From positions 314,144 to 378,143 of the forward strand of contig JAOAJD010000001.1 in NCBI GenBank assembly GCA_026414365.1: DNA of 64,000 bases, written 5' to 3'. A model generated the notes under the pieces. It ran no database searches. It saw only the letters and a list, made by a program, of their open reading frames with translations, and had not been told where the DNA came from. This DNA comes from Candidatus Iainarchaeum sp. Lineage in GTDB: Archaea > Iainarchaeota > Iainarchaeia > Iainarchaeales > SKW153. The first letter of the stretch is position 1; every line of letters starts with the position of its first letter. This document shows, in pieces, positions 1 to 9,744 of this stretch. The translations under genes were made by a program, and so were the position numbers.

Positions 1-1
1 A

Positions 2-343
2 CATGGTTTCATTGGAGAAGCTTTGAGTTCTGGAGATGTATGTAAAAAACTTGTTAGAACAATTGCTAATAATTACAAATTACCATATTACACAATTACA
101 CCAACTTTTAGCATATGCCCAGAACACGGTTATATAAAAGGGAAACATGAACTTTGTCCGAACAAAATAAATGATCATGTATGCGGCAAAGAAACTGAAA
201 TATTTAGCAGGATAGTGGGGTATTACAGACCAATACAAAACTGGAATGACGGAAAAAAAGAAGAATTTAAAGAAAGAAAACCATACTCAGAAAACGTTTC
301 TTTGAATAGTACATATTTAAAGAAAAAACAATTGGCTAAGTAA
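2..343 (+). CDS. nrdD: Anaerobic ribonucleoside-triphosphate reductase (class III RNR) C-terminal fragment. The gene continues upstream of the window.
   Basis: The C-terminal glycine-radical-like motif SRIVGYYRP sits next to a Cys-rich zinc ribbon (CPEHGY...CPNK...HVCG), typical of the NrdD C-terminus. A radical-SAM activase gene lies immediately downstream. The reading frame is open from the window edge. Confidence 0.6.
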   Translation, partial: HGFIGEALSSGDVCKKLVRTIANNYKLPYYTITPTFSICPEHGYIKGKHELCPNKINDHVCGKETEIFSRIVGYYRPIQNWNDGKKEEFKERKPYSENVSLNSTYLKKKQLAK

Positions 344-366
344 CAAACATTAATAAAATAATTTTT

Positions 367-1074
367 ATGACCGTACTAATAAAAGGTATCCAAAAAATCA
401 CCCTAATAGATTACCCTAATAAAATAGCAAGTGAATTTTTTGTTGGCGGTTGTAACTTCAGATGCCCTTTTTGTCAAAACAAAGATTTGGTTCTATACCC
501 TGAAAAACTAAAAACTATCAGAGAAGATGAAGCAATTGAATTCTTAAAAAAAAGATTAAAGTTTATTGAAGGAGTAGTAATTAGTGGTGGGGAACCAACA
601 ATATATGAAGATCTGCCAATTTTTTTTGAAAAAATTAAAAAAGAAACACAACTCCCTATAAAATTAGATACTAATGGATCAAATTCTAAAGTTATAAAAA
701 AACTGATAGAAGAAAAATTAGTTGATTACATAGCAATGGACATAAAATCATCAAAAGAAAAATACTCTTTGGCTACTAATGTAGATGTAGACATAAAAGA
801 GATTGATAAGAGTATTAAGATTCTAAAGAAGAATGATGTTGACTATGAGTTTAGAACTACTGTTGTCCCAGAAATAGTTACAGAAAATGATATTGAAGAA
901 ATAGGAAAATGGATAGCTGGAGCTAAAAAATTTGCAATCCAACAATTTATACCTAATGAGAACTGTATTGATCCTAATTACAAAAACAAAACACCGTACG
1001 CAAAAGAAAAGTTAATTGAATTTCAAAAAATTATGAAAAAATATATTAGTAATTGCGAAATCAGAAATATTTAA
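367..1074 (+). CDS. nrdG: Radical SAM activating enzyme, a probable anaerobic RNR activase (NrdG-like).
   Basis: Radical SAM cluster motif GGCNFRCPFCQN (CxxxCxxC). The gene lies directly downstream of the nrdD C-terminus. Confidence 0.6.
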   Translation: MTVLIKGIQKITLIDYPNKIASEFFVGGCNFRCPFCQNKDLVLYPEKLKTIREDEAIEFLKKRLKFIEGVVISGGEPTIYEDLPIFFEKIKKETQLPIKLDTNGSNSKVIKKLIEEKLVDYIAMDIKSSKEKYSLATNVDVDIKEIDKSIKILKKNDVDYEFRTTVVPEIVTENDIEEIGKWIAGAKKFAIQQFIPNENCIDPNYKNKTPYAKEKLIEFQKIMKKYISNCEIRNI

Positions 1075-1126
1075 TAAGACTATGAGAGAATATTTTCTTA
1101 TTTAAAAATAATTTGGAGGATCCCTT

Positions 1127-1306
1127 ATGGCAGTGAAACCTTATATAGACTATTCTAAATGCATAAAATGTGGCACTTGTGTAAATGTATGCCCTATGCA
1201 AGTTTTTATTATGAAAGATAAACCTGAAGTAGCACATCCTGAAAAATGTGTTCAATGTAAGGCTTGTGAGGTTAGTTGCCCAACACAAGCAATAAAAGTT
1301 AAATAA
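1127..1306 (+). CDS. Small 2x[4Fe-4S] ferredoxin, 59 aa. It is below the ORF-track length cutoff.
   Basis: My translation is MAVKPYIDYSKCIKCGTCVNVCPMQVFIMKDKPEVAHPEKCVQCKACEVSCPTQAIKVK. It carries two CxxCxxCxxxCP motifs. An SD-like GGAGG lies 7 nt upstream of the ATG. The ORF occupies a gap otherwise covered only by antisense junk ORFs. Confidence 0.55.
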   Translation: MAVKPYIDYSKCIKCGTCVNVCPMQVFIMKDKPEVAHPEKCVQCKACEVSCPTQAIKVK

Positions 1307-1312
1307 AAAAAT

Positions 1313-1960
1313 ATGAAGGAAAAAATAAATAGAATAATTAGAATAATCGAAAAGCAAATAGGAAAAACAAAGCCAGTAGTTTCATTCTCTTCTAAATACA
1401 AGACAATAATCACAACCGTTTTATCTGCAAGAACCAAAGATGAAACTACTTTTAAAGTTTCTAAAAAATTATTTTCAAAATACAAAAGCTTTAGAGAATT
1501 AGCTAAAGCAAAAACTGAAGATATTGAAAAACAAATATATCCTGTTGGATTTTACAAAACAAAAGCTAAAAATATAAAAAAGTTGGCTGAGATAATAGTA
1601 AAAAAATACAATTCTAAAGTCCCTTCCAACTTTAAAGAATTAATAACCTTGCCAGGTGTAGGTAGAAAAACAGCAAATATTGTTCTATCATTATGTTTCA
1701 AAAAACCAACAATTGCAGTAGATACTCATGTTCATAGGATATCGAATAGGATTGGGGTAGTTAAAACAAAAAAACCTGAACAAACGGAAAAAGAACTAAA
1801 AAATAAAATTGACAAAAAACATTGGATTAAAATAAATGAGTTGTTTGTAAAATTTGGTCAAAGAATTTGCAAACCTTTAAGACCTAATTGTAAGATCTGC
1901 AAAATAAAAAAATATTGCAATTTTTATTTAAATGATTTAAAAGCAGACGCCAACTCATAA
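1313..1960 (+). CDS. nth: Endonuclease III (DNA glycosylase/AP lyase, HhH-GPD family).
   Basis: HhH motif LPGVGRKTANIVL and a C-terminal 4Fe-4S cluster loop CKPLRPNCKICKIKKYC. Confidence 0.8.
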   Translation: MKEKINRIIRIIEKQIGKTKPVVSFSSKYKTIITTVLSARTKDETTFKVSKKLFSKYKSFRELAKAKTEDIEKQIYPVGFYKTKAKNIKKLAEIIVKKYNSKVPSNFKELITLPGVGRKTANIVLSLCFKKPTIAVDTHVHRISNRIGVVKTKKPEQTEKELKNKIDKKHWIKINELFVKFGQRICKPLRPNCKICKIKKYCNFYLNDLKADANS

Positions 1961-2613
1961 ATTGCCTCTTTGTGATTTTTTACTTTTACTATTCCTGAAG
2001 AAACAAAAACTCCGTCAGAACCTAACTCTAAAGCTTTTCTGACATCATCTCTTGTTTTTATACCTGCCCCGGCAATAACTTTTACTCTTTTATTTATTTT
2101 TTTTATTGTTGAGATTGTATTGGTTATAAGTCTTGGTTCTGCTTCACTTATTGAAACGTTACCCCCTATAAGCTCTGGTAATTCAATTGCTATAAAATCA
2201 GGATTTAATCTTACAAGCTTTTTTGCCTCATTAACACTAGCTGCACATAGCATTAACAACAATCCTGCTTCTTTTGCTCTTAACGAAGCTTTTTTTATAA
2301 ATTCAAAACTTTTTTTATTTTCTGCATGATTTAAAATAGTCCCAACTGCTCCTGCCTCTTTCACAGATTCTGGTAAAATATGACCAGTATAATGGCCGTA
2401 AACAATAGGGTCTATATGCTGAGCAAACACAGGTATCTTTAAATTATTTGTAATTAATCTTATGTCCACACTTTGAGCAACTACTGCAATACAGACATCT
2501 AACTCTATTGAAACGTCCTGACAAATTTTTGCAAGTTTTAGTGCATTTTGACCTGTAGCTTCTTTGTAAGTTTTAAAATTGATAAAGAGTGTTGGAGTTT
2601 TTAATAGCATCAA
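1924..2613 (-). CDS. tpiA: Triosephosphate isomerase, short archaeal type.
   Basis: About 229 aa. The N-terminus LFINFKTYKEATG and the ISEAEPRLITNT region are typical of archaeal TIM. Confidence 0.75.
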   Translation of the reverse strand: MMLLKTPTLFINFKTYKEATGQNALKLAKICQDVSIELDVCIAVVAQSVDIRLITNNLKIPVFAQHIDPIVYGHYTGHILPESVKEAGAVGTILNHAENKKSFEFIKKASLRAKEAGLLLMLCAASVNEAKKLVRLNPDFIAIELPELIGGNVSISEAEPRLITNTISTIKKINKRVKVIAGAGIKTRDDVRKALELGSDGVFVSSGIVKVKNHKEAIYELASAFKSFK

Positions 2614-2625
2614 AAAACACTCAAA

Positions 2626-3603
2626 TTATTTATTATTGATCATTGCTGCTAATAGTGCTTCTATTTGAATCCTCTCATTTGCGCCCTCTGCAATTCTGAA
2701 ACTATATTCTGCTATCAACTCAATTAATTTAATCTTTTGTTTATCATCTAGCTCTTTCATAGACAATATCTCTCTATATATTTGCAACACGATATCTTCT
2801 CCGCTCATTCCATATTCATATAGTAGAATATTTAATTTATCTCTAGAATCTAAAAACTTTCCCTCAATAGCTAAATTTATCATTTGCCTTACCTCTTCTG
2901 GCTTTGCCCTGCTAGATACGGAAAATATGTTTTTTTCACTGACATGCTTATCTATAGAAGAAGCAGCTTGTAGAACATTAATTGCTTTTCTCAAATCACC
3001 TTCACTAACATATATAAGGGCTTCTAATCCACTTTCTGTGATGGATACATTTTCTTCTTTACAAATTTCCTTTATCTTCTTTTCAATATCTCTAGCAGAA
3101 AGTGGTTTAAACCTAAAAACAACACATCTGCTTTGTATTGGCTCTATAATTCTACTGCTGTAATTTGCACTTAATATAAATCTACATGTTTTTGTATATC
3201 TTTCCATAGTTCTTCTTAAAGCTTGTTGTGCATCATTAGTTAAAGCATCACTCTCATCTAAAAAAATTATCTTAAAAGCACTGTCAAAAGATAGTGTCCT
3301 TGCAAAATCTTTAATTGTGTTTCTTACTACATCAATACCTCTATCATCAGAAGCATTTAATTCAATAAAATTAAGATTAAAATTTTTTGGAAATAATTCT
3401 CTAGCTAAAGCAACTGCTGCGGAAGTTTTACCAACGCCGGCAGGACCGGTGAAAAGCAAATTAGGAACGTTTTTATTATCAACATAACTTTTTAATCTCT
3501 TTATTATTTCCTCATGCCCTATTATCTCACTTAAACTTTTAGGTCTATATTTCTCAACCCATGGCAGAACTTCCTCTTGCTCTGCAAATTCTTTTTTATG
3601 CAT
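2626..3603 (-). CDS. rfcS: Replication factor C small subunit.
   Basis: PWVEKYRP box, Walker A GPAGVGKTS, an SRC motif (QSRCVVFRF) and a clamp-loader AAA+ layout. Confidence 0.85.
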   Translation of the reverse strand: MHKKEFAEQEEVLPWVEKYRPKSLSEIIGHEEIIKRLKSYVDNKNVPNLLFTGPAGVGKTSAAVALARELFPKNFNLNFIELNASDDRGIDVVRNTIKDFARTLSFDSAFKIIFLDESDALTNDAQQALRRTMERYTKTCRFILSANYSSRIIEPIQSRCVVFRFKPLSARDIEKKIKEICKEENVSITESGLEALIYVSEGDLRKAINVLQAASSIDKHVSEKNIFSVSSRAKPEEVRQMINLAIEGKFLDSRDKLNILLYEYGMSGEDIVLQIYREILSMKELDDKQKIKLIELIAEYSFRIAEGANERIQIEALLAAMINNK

Positions 3604-3643
3604 AAGTAAAATAGAAAGGTTAAATATTTAATAATGATTTTTA

Positions 3644-3730
3644 CGAGCCCAGAGGGATTTGAACCCTCGACGCCCTGGTACCCCCTTGAAGTTAAGAGCC
3701 AGGTGCTCTACCAAGCTGAGCTATGGGCCC
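3644..3730 (-). tRNA. tRNA-Lys(CUU) with a putative intron of about 13 nt in the anticodon loop (between positions 37 and 38).
   Basis: A manual cloverleaf fold of the minus strand gives acceptor GGGCCCA/TGGGCTC, D arm GCTC..GAGC, anticodon stem CCTGG/CCAGG with loop CTCTTA[intron]A, T arm GAGGG-TTCAAAT-CCCTC and discriminator G. The mature length would be 74 nt with no encoded CCA. Confidence 0.7.
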
Positions 3731-3897
3731 AACATAAAAGAGTTTATAATTAGATTCTATAAATAATGTTTTAAAATATGTTTTAAAACTTTTCAAGGAA
3801 TAATGATCTTTGTAAGATTTTTTATTTAGTAATACTTCTTAATTTCTAAAAGCTTTGCCAACAAAAATGTTTTTATCTCAACTTAGAATACTAAAGT

Positions 3898-5178
3898 TTA
3901 ATTTAGCGGCTCTATTTCTTCTTTTCCAAAAAACGGCCTTAAGACTTTAGGAATTTTAATAACTCCGTCATCAGTTTGATAGTTCTCAATTATTATTCTT
4001 AGGGTTCTTGTTGTGGCAACCATGGTACTGTTAAGAGTATGCAGATAGTCCTTTTCTCCATTTTTCCTTTTATATCTTATTTTCAATCTTGCAGATTGAT
4101 AAGATGTGCAGTTAGAACATGACATTAATTCTATATATTTTTTTTCTCGAGGAGACCACCCATTAATATCATATTTTTTTGCTGCAACACTCCCTAAGTC
4201 ACCAGTACATATATTTGTAACGTTGTAAGGTATTTCCAGATCTTCCAATAACTCTTCAGCGTTTCTTCTAAGTTCTTCATGATAACTCCAACTATCTTCA
4301 GGCATACAAAAAATAAACTGTTCAATTTTATTAAATTGGTGAACTCTAAAAAGACCTCTCTCATCTAATCCATGTTTTCCAACTTCTTTTCTAAAACACG
4401 CAGAAACACCTGCCAATTTTATCGGCAGATCATCTTCATCTATTATCTCATCTAGGTACATCGCTGCCATAGGATGCTCAGAGGTTGCTATTAAATAAAG
4501 ATCTTCACCTTCTATTTTGTACATAACATCTTCAAAATCTTTAAGATCTGTAACTCCTTCATATGCTTTTCTGTTCATCATGAAAGGAGGCTCTACTAAA
4601 GTATATCCCTTACTAACAAGCTTCTTAATGGCATATATTTGCAAAGCTAAATCTAACATTGCTAAATCTCCCTTTAAAAAATAAAAACCCGAACAAGAAA
4701 TTTTTACAGCTCTCTCAAAATCTGCAATACCCAAAGACGCAGCTAATTGACCATGGTGTTTTATCTCAAACTTTGGTTCTTTTTTTATCCCCCATTCCTT
4801 AACTACAACGTTTTCAGAATCGTCTTTGCCAATAGGAACAGAATCATGGATTAAATTTGGTAAGAGCATTAATTTTTTTCTTAGTTCTTCCTCTAAAAAA
4901 GAAACTTCCTCATCGTATTCTTTTATCTGATTATTTAATTTTTTTGTTTCTGAGATGAGCGAAGATATATCTTTTCCCTGTCTCTTCAAAACATCTACTT
5001 TTTCTATTAATTTATTCTTCTGTGCCCTTAAACTTTCATATCTTTGTAAAAGATCCCTATATTTTTGATCTAGAGAAACAACATCGTCAAAAATTTCTAA
5101 AATCCTGCTGTCGTTCCTCTTTTCTAAATTATTTCTTACTAATGCAGGATTATTTCTTATTATTTTAATATCTATCAT
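3898..5178 (-). CDS. serS: Seryl-tRNA synthetase.
   Basis: N-terminal coiled-coil arm followed by a class II aaRS core, with the typical MIDIKIIRNNP start. The longest ORF starts 6 codons further upstream. Confidence 0.85.
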   Translation of the reverse strand: MIDIKIIRNNPALVRNNLEKRNDSRILEIFDDVVSLDQKYRDLLQRYESLRAQKNKLIEKVDVLKRQGKDISSLISETKKLNNQIKEYDEEVSFLEEELRKKLMLLPNLIHDSVPIGKDDSENVVVKEWGIKKEPKFEIKHHGQLAASLGIADFERAVKISCSGFYFLKGDLAMLDLALQIYAIKKLVSKGYTLVEPPFMMNRKAYEGVTDLKDFEDVMYKIEGEDLYLIATSEHPMAAMYLDEIIDEDDLPIKLAGVSACFRKEVGKHGLDERGLFRVHQFNKIEQFIFCMPEDSWSYHEELRRNAEELLEDLEIPYNVTNICTGDLGSVAAKKYDINGWSPREKKYIELMSCSNCTSYQSARLKIRYKRKNGEKDYLHTLNSTMVATTRTLRIIIENYQTDDGVIKIPKVLRPFFGKEEIEPLN

Positions 5179-5217
5179 AAAAAAGAATTTAACCAACCTT
5201 ATTAATAAAGTTTATAT

Positions 5218-5754
5218 ATGAAAGACGTAGTAGTCATAAGATATGGCCATAGACCGGAAAGAGATAAGAGAACAACTACTCATTGTGCACTAGTTGCAAG
5301 GGCTTTTGGAGCAAAAAAAATCGTTATATGTAGCGAAAGAGATGATAAATTAGAAAAAAATATACATAAAGTAGTACAAAAATGGGGTGGGCAATTCAAA
5401 ATATCTTTTTGTAACAATTGGAAAACGTTATGTAACAAGCTAAAGGAAGATGGATACAAAATTGTGCATTTGACGATGTATGGTGTTAGCATAGATAAAA
5501 AAATAAAAAAAATAAGGAAGAATAAAAAGATAGCTGTTTTTGTAGGATCACAAAAAGTTCCTGGAGAAATTTATAACCTAGCTAATTTTAACATCTCTAT
5601 AACTAACCAGCCACATTCAGAGATTGCTGCGTTGGCTATTTTTTTGGATAGATTATTTAGAGGAAAACAAATAGAAAAAGAATTCTCTAATGCAAAGATT
5701 AAAATAATCCCATCTGAAAATAAAAAGAAGATAAAAGTAAATACAATTGTTTAA
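5218..5754 (+). CDS. Probable tRNA (cytidine56-2'-O)-methyltransferase aTrm56 (SPOUT family).
   Basis: An N-terminal VIRYGHRPERDKRTTTHCALVARAFGA block is characteristic of archaeal Trm56/COG1303. Called from recalled similarity only. Confidence 0.5.
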   Translation: MKDVVVIRYGHRPERDKRTTTHCALVARAFGAKKIVICSERDDKLEKNIHKVVQKWGGQFKISFCNNWKTLCNKLKEDGYKIVHLTMYGVSIDKKIKKIRKNKKIAVFVGSQKVPGEIYNLANFNISITNQPHSEIAALAIFLDRLFRGKQIEKEFSNAKIKIIPSENKKKIKVNTIV

Positions 5755-6343
5755 AAAATGTTTAAATAGAAAAAGTATATGTGTCTTAATGAAGATAAAA
5801 ATAACAAAATTACAAATTGTAAAAGAATATCTGTCAAAAATAGCTGGCGATTCAGCAGTAAAGATATGCGAAATCTGCGAAAACAAAAAAGAAGGCGTTA
5901 AAGACGAATATTTACAAAAAAGAATCAAAATAAAAATAACTGAGGTAAGAACCCTATTAAATAAACTTCATTATTTAGGTATTATGAGATACGATAGAAA
6001 AAAAGATGTAAAAAGTGGATGGTATCACTATACTTGGTTCATAGACACTAATAGATTAGCTGAGTTGATTATAGATGAACATGAAAAAGAATTGGAAAGA
6101 TTAAAAAATAAATTGAAAGAAACCAAAGAGTATGATTACTTTGCCTGCAAAAACTTTTGTAATGAAGTACCTTTTGAAGTAGCTGCAGAATATTCGTTTA
6201 AATGTCCTGTTTGCAGTAAACAGATGAATTTTGTCAACAAAAAAAAAGTGGAAGACTATCTCAAAAAGAGGATAGATTTGTTTGAGAAAGAAATAAAAAC
6301 AATAAAAGTTGTATTACAAAAAGATAAAAAACACACAAAATAG
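5747..6343 (+). CDS. tfe: Transcription factor E (TFIIE alpha homolog).
   Basis: N-terminal winged helix and a C-terminal zinc ribbon (CKNFC...CPVCSK). Confidence 0.65.
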   Translation: MFKKCLNRKSICVLMKIKITKLQIVKEYLSKIAGDSAVKICEICENKKEGVKDEYLQKRIKIKITEVRTLLNKLHYLGIMRYDRKKDVKSGWYHYTWFIDTNRLAELIIDEHEKELERLKNKLKETKEYDYFACKNFCNEVPFEVAAEYSFKCPVCSKQMNFVNKKKVEDYLKKRIDLFEKEIKTIKVVLQKDKKHTK

Positions 6344-6475
6344 GACAAAAAGAGTTTGTTAAAAAAAATTAAATTATTTATATAATATATTTGTATTTAA
6401 TTATTTATATATTTATAATAATATAAATCAAATAATAACAAAATTAATAACAAAATTGACAAAAAACGAAAAAAA

Positions 6476-6550
6476 AGCGGGGTAGGGCAGCCAGGAGTGC
6501 CCGTCGGGCTCATAACCCGAAGGTCGGAGGTTCAAATCCTTCCCCCGCTA
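6476..6550 (+). tRNA. Initiator tRNA-Met(CAU).
   Basis: Cloverleaf with an A1:U72 pair and three consecutive G:C pairs in the anticodon stem (TCGGG/CCCGA), which are archaeal initiator hallmarks. Loop is CTCATAA and the T arm is GGAGG-TTCAAAT-CCTTC. An AT-rich promoter with a TATA-like box lies upstream. Confidence 0.8.
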
Positions 6551-6957
6551 TCTAATTTTACACAAATAAAGGACGAACATAACAAAAGAGTTAAGAATAA
6601 AAAACTAACAACTGTTGATAAAAAATAATTTATTTTGTGATTTGCATCAATATCTCAAAGAACTGACAACTATTGTTTTAAAAATAATAAAAAACATAGT
6701 AATTTTTTTAGTATACATAATAGAGAAACAAATATCACTTTAAGAAAGAACTATATTAAAAAAAATTAAATCAGTTCCACGAAAACACTCACAAAATAGC
6801 AATCCGTCTAGAAAACAAATCAAAAGTAATAAAAAATATATTAAAAAAACTCTTACTTATTGTAAATTTTTAGCTCTTTTAGTTTATGAAAAAATTATAG
6901 TAATTACTCGTAAATACGATAAATATATAAAGCAATTACTGCAATAATTATAATAGC

Positions 6958-7374
6958 ATGAAAATAATAGAAGAAATAAAAAAAATAATATTCTCAATCA
7001 TAAAGAAAAACAAAGAAAAAAAAATTTATGAAGAAAAAAAAGTGATGTGCGAAGTAGATAACTTTGTATCAATATGGGATTATTTACAATTTAGAGAAAA
7101 CACCCAAGCATGGCATCTATCAAAAACAATTGGTTTTGAAGAATGGGTATCAATGAAAGAAATTATGAGAAGAATAAAAGAACTTTTTGGCATAGAGTAT
7201 AAACATGAAAAGAGCTTATATCCTTATTTGAAAGCTCTCACAGATAGTGGATTATTTGAAACTATAGATGTGGGGGGAATAAGAAAATGGAGAAAAAAAG
7301 AAATTTTAATAAAATTAAAAACAGAACGAGTAGAACGAGAAGTTGATTTAGAAAAAAATATTATACCAACCTAG
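6958..7374 (+). CDS. Hypothetical protein.
   Basis: ORF of 138 aa lying between the tRNA and the recombinase. No recognisable motif. Confidence 0.4.
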   Translation: MKIIEEIKKIIFSIIKKNKEKKIYEEKKVMCEVDNFVSIWDYLQFRENTQAWHLSKTIGFEEWVSMKEIMRRIKELFGIEYKHEKSLYPYLKALTDSGLFETIDVGGIRKWRKKEILIKLKTERVEREVDLEKNIIPT

Positions 7375-7957
7375 CTTTTTTATAATCATCATAAAATTTT
7401 TGTAATTTCGAACTCTTCATATAACACTCTTTAAACCAATCTAAATTTATTATTTTTTGTGATTCGTTCAAAACTAAATTACCTAACTCTTTAGAAAACT
7501 CCTTTTTAAAAGATAGTTGAGAAAGAACATCTGAAAGTTTTACAGATCCTTCTTTAGTATCTATTGTAAGCCTATCTAAAAGATCATCTAAGGCTTTGGC
7601 TACTTCTTCATCAGTTAGTTTTTTTTCGTCCATGTAAAATTGTGCTTTCCAACTACCTTTTGTTTTCCAGCAATGTGCGGGATTGTTGCCACTTTTTAAA
7701 AAATTTAAAAATTTATTAAGTGCATAAGGTGGTATTATAACACTGTTTTTACCAGCCTTTATATAAGGAACGTCTGAGAGAACACCTTTTCTAAAATATC
7801 TATATGTTTTACCACCACTTTTTGTAACATTTTGAGTATATCCATATATTGCTCTAAAAAGCTTTTGATAAGAATATGAAGAGTGTTTAGTATTATCAGG
7901 TAAAATGAATTGATATTTTATAAAATATCCTTCCAAACTTATACTAACACCCCACAA
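7361..7957 (-). CDS. Hypothetical protein.
   Basis: ORF of 198 aa with no recognisable motif. Confidence 0.4.
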   Translation of the reverse strand: MWGVSISLEGYFIKYQFILPDNTKHSSYSYQKLFRAIYGYTQNVTKSGGKTYRYFRKGVLSDVPYIKAGKNSVIIPPYALNKFLNFLKSGNNPAHCWKTKGSWKAQFYMDEKKLTDEEVAKALDDLLDRLTIDTKEGSVKLSDVLSQLSFKKEFSKELGNLVLNESQKIINLDWFKECYMKSSKLQKFYDDYKKARLV

Positions 7958-8077
7958 TTCCGCTATTAAAAATAATATTTGTAAGCACTTTATTATGTAT
8001 TACTGATATACATAATGCAATAGAACTATTAATAATATGTGCTTTTTAGTTTTGTAGTTTAATAACAGGTCAAATAA

Positions 8078-8341
8078 TTACTGTTCTTCTCTTTGGACAG
8101 GCATATTTTTACCGAGTACTACTACTATATCTTTAGCAGACTTGACATTTCTATATGGTATGCTTTTTTCACTTAGTATTTTTTTTGCCTCTTGTTTTGT
8201 CTTTGCTTTCAGAGGTTCTGTGGTTATTGTTTCTAGTTTACCTTTTTCTAAATTTATCACAATATCATATACTTTTCCCTTATATTCTCCGTCTGTAGTA
8301 TATACATCCATTCCAAATAGTTTAGATAATCTCATAGACAT
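8078..8341 (-). CDS. PRC-barrel domain protein.
   Basis: An 87-aa protein. The GMDVYTTDGEYKGKVYDIVINLEKGKLETI segment resembles a PRC barrel. Confidence 0.45.
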   Translation of the reverse strand: MSMRLSKLFGMDVYTTDGEYKGKVYDIVINLEKGKLETITTEPLKAKTKQEAKKILSEKSIPYRNVKSAKDIVVVLGKNMPVQREEQ

Positions 8342-8589
8342 TTAAACTCACCTCGCTTAAACATAATTTCCTTTTACTTACTAAAGTATTCACTAGTATT
8401 TAAATATTTTGTTTGTGTTTGTTTTTGCAAAAGTTTTAAAAGGGTTTTTAAGTTTTTTGAAATTTTATAAAAAACTGAAATGCTATTATCAATATTTCTA
8501 AAAAATATTTATATTATGTTTGCAATAATTCGCCAAGACATACTTTTTTAATAGCGGAAGTGTGGTGCCTAGTTATCTCTTTTAAATAA

Positions 8590-9744
8590 TTACAATTGAT
8601 CCAAAGGTGATTTAACTTTTTTTAGACCTTCTATCGAAACTTTCGTATATATTTGTGTTGTGTTCAGATTGCTGTGTCCTAAAAGCTCTTGAATTTTTCT
8701 TATATTTTCTCCGCTATCCAATAAATGTGTTGCAAAAGAGTGTCTTAAGGTATGTGGCGTAATTTTTTTTGGTATGTTTGCCTTTTTTGCTGCTTCTCTT
8801 ACTATTCTTTGTACAGTGTCAACAGATAGTGGTTTGCCATTCTTTTTTGAGAAAACATATTCACTGTTTGTTTTCCTTTTTTTTAAATATTTTTTAAGTT
8901 CAGAGACCCACTTTTCTGATAATATTATTGTTCTGTCTTTGTTGCCTTTCCCCCCGCAAACTTTTCCTATTCTCTCATCTAGGTTTAGATCAACCAATTT
9001 CATACTTACAGCTTCACTCACTCTTACACCGCTAGAATATAGAAATTCTATTATTAATCTATCTCTACCAACTTTAGCAGCTTTTATTAGTTTTTTTACT
9101 TCATCTATTGATAAAACAGAAGGTATTTTTTTTGCTTTTTTGGGGTTTTTTATATCTCCGAATATTTCTTTTTTTACTATCTTGTTAAAAAAAAATCTTA
9201 AAGAAGATAAAGCTAAAGACATAGTATTGTTTGATGCTTTCTTATTTTCTTTTAACTCTGCTAAAAATTTTATAATATCTGTTCTCTCAACATCTTCTGC
9301 TAACTTTTTTGTGTATCCTAAAAAAGCTTTTACATAAGTAACATAAGCTTCTCTCGTTCTTTTTGAATATCCCGCTACAATTAATTCTTCTTCCATTCTT
9401 TTTATTTTTTCTTCGTTTTTTTCATCTATTGAGTTCAATTCATGTTCGTTTTTGTTTGTAACCGTGTAATCGCCTTTTTCTTTTGCTAGATAATCTAAAT
9501 TTTTGTTTTTCAAAATACCTTCTGTTGTGCTTTTTATATCTTCCCAATTGTTTATGCTATTATAGTTTTCATTTTTTTCGCTTTGTTGGACATTATTCGT
9601 CATTTGTTCATTGTTAACATTTTCCTTTTCCATAAAAAATAATATATATGTTATTGTATTATTTAAATTAAATGACATCTTTTGTTCAATTACTTTTATT
9701 ACTTTCCAATTGGTTTTTATTGTTTTTAGTATTGCTTTTAACAA
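8590..9744 (-). CDS. Tyrosine recombinase/integrase (XerC/D/XerA-like) with an N-terminal low-complexity extension.
   Basis: C-terminal catalytic region with R..HxxR..Y (HTLRHSFATHLL...LGHSNLNTTQIYTKV) and a core-binding SAM-like N-domain. Confidence 0.8.
   Translation of the reverse strand: MLKAILKTIKTNWKVIKVIEQKMSFNLNNTITYILFFMEKENVNNEQMTNNVQQSEKNENYNSINNWEDIKSTTEGILKNKNLDYLAKEKGDYTVTNKNEHELNSIDEKNEEKIKRMEEELIVAGYSKRTREAYVTYVKAFLGYTKKLAEDVERTDIIKFLAELKENKKASNNTMSLALSSLRFFFNKIVKKEIFGDIKNPKKAKKIPSVLSIDEVKKLIKAAKVGRDRLIIEFLYSSGVRVSEAVSMKLVDLNLDERIGKVCGGKGNKDRTIILSEKWVSELKKYLKKRKTNSEYVFSKKNGKPLSVDTVQRIVREAAKKANIPKKITPHTLRHSFATHLLDSGENIRKIQELLGHSNLNTTQIYTKVSIEGLKKVKSPLDQL

Noticed and set aside
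1061-1485. Minus-strand ORFs 1061-1357 and 1252-1485 (98 and 77 aa).
   Set aside because: They have low-complexity F/I/L-rich translations antisense to a clean ferredoxin ORF and the start of nth. These are typical AT-rich antisense artefacts.
8774-9337. Plus-strand 187-aa ORF inside the recombinase gene.
   Set aside because: It is antisense to a well-supported tyrosine recombinase CDS. Its composition is dominated by F/L/S, as expected for the reverse strand of K/E-rich coding sequence.
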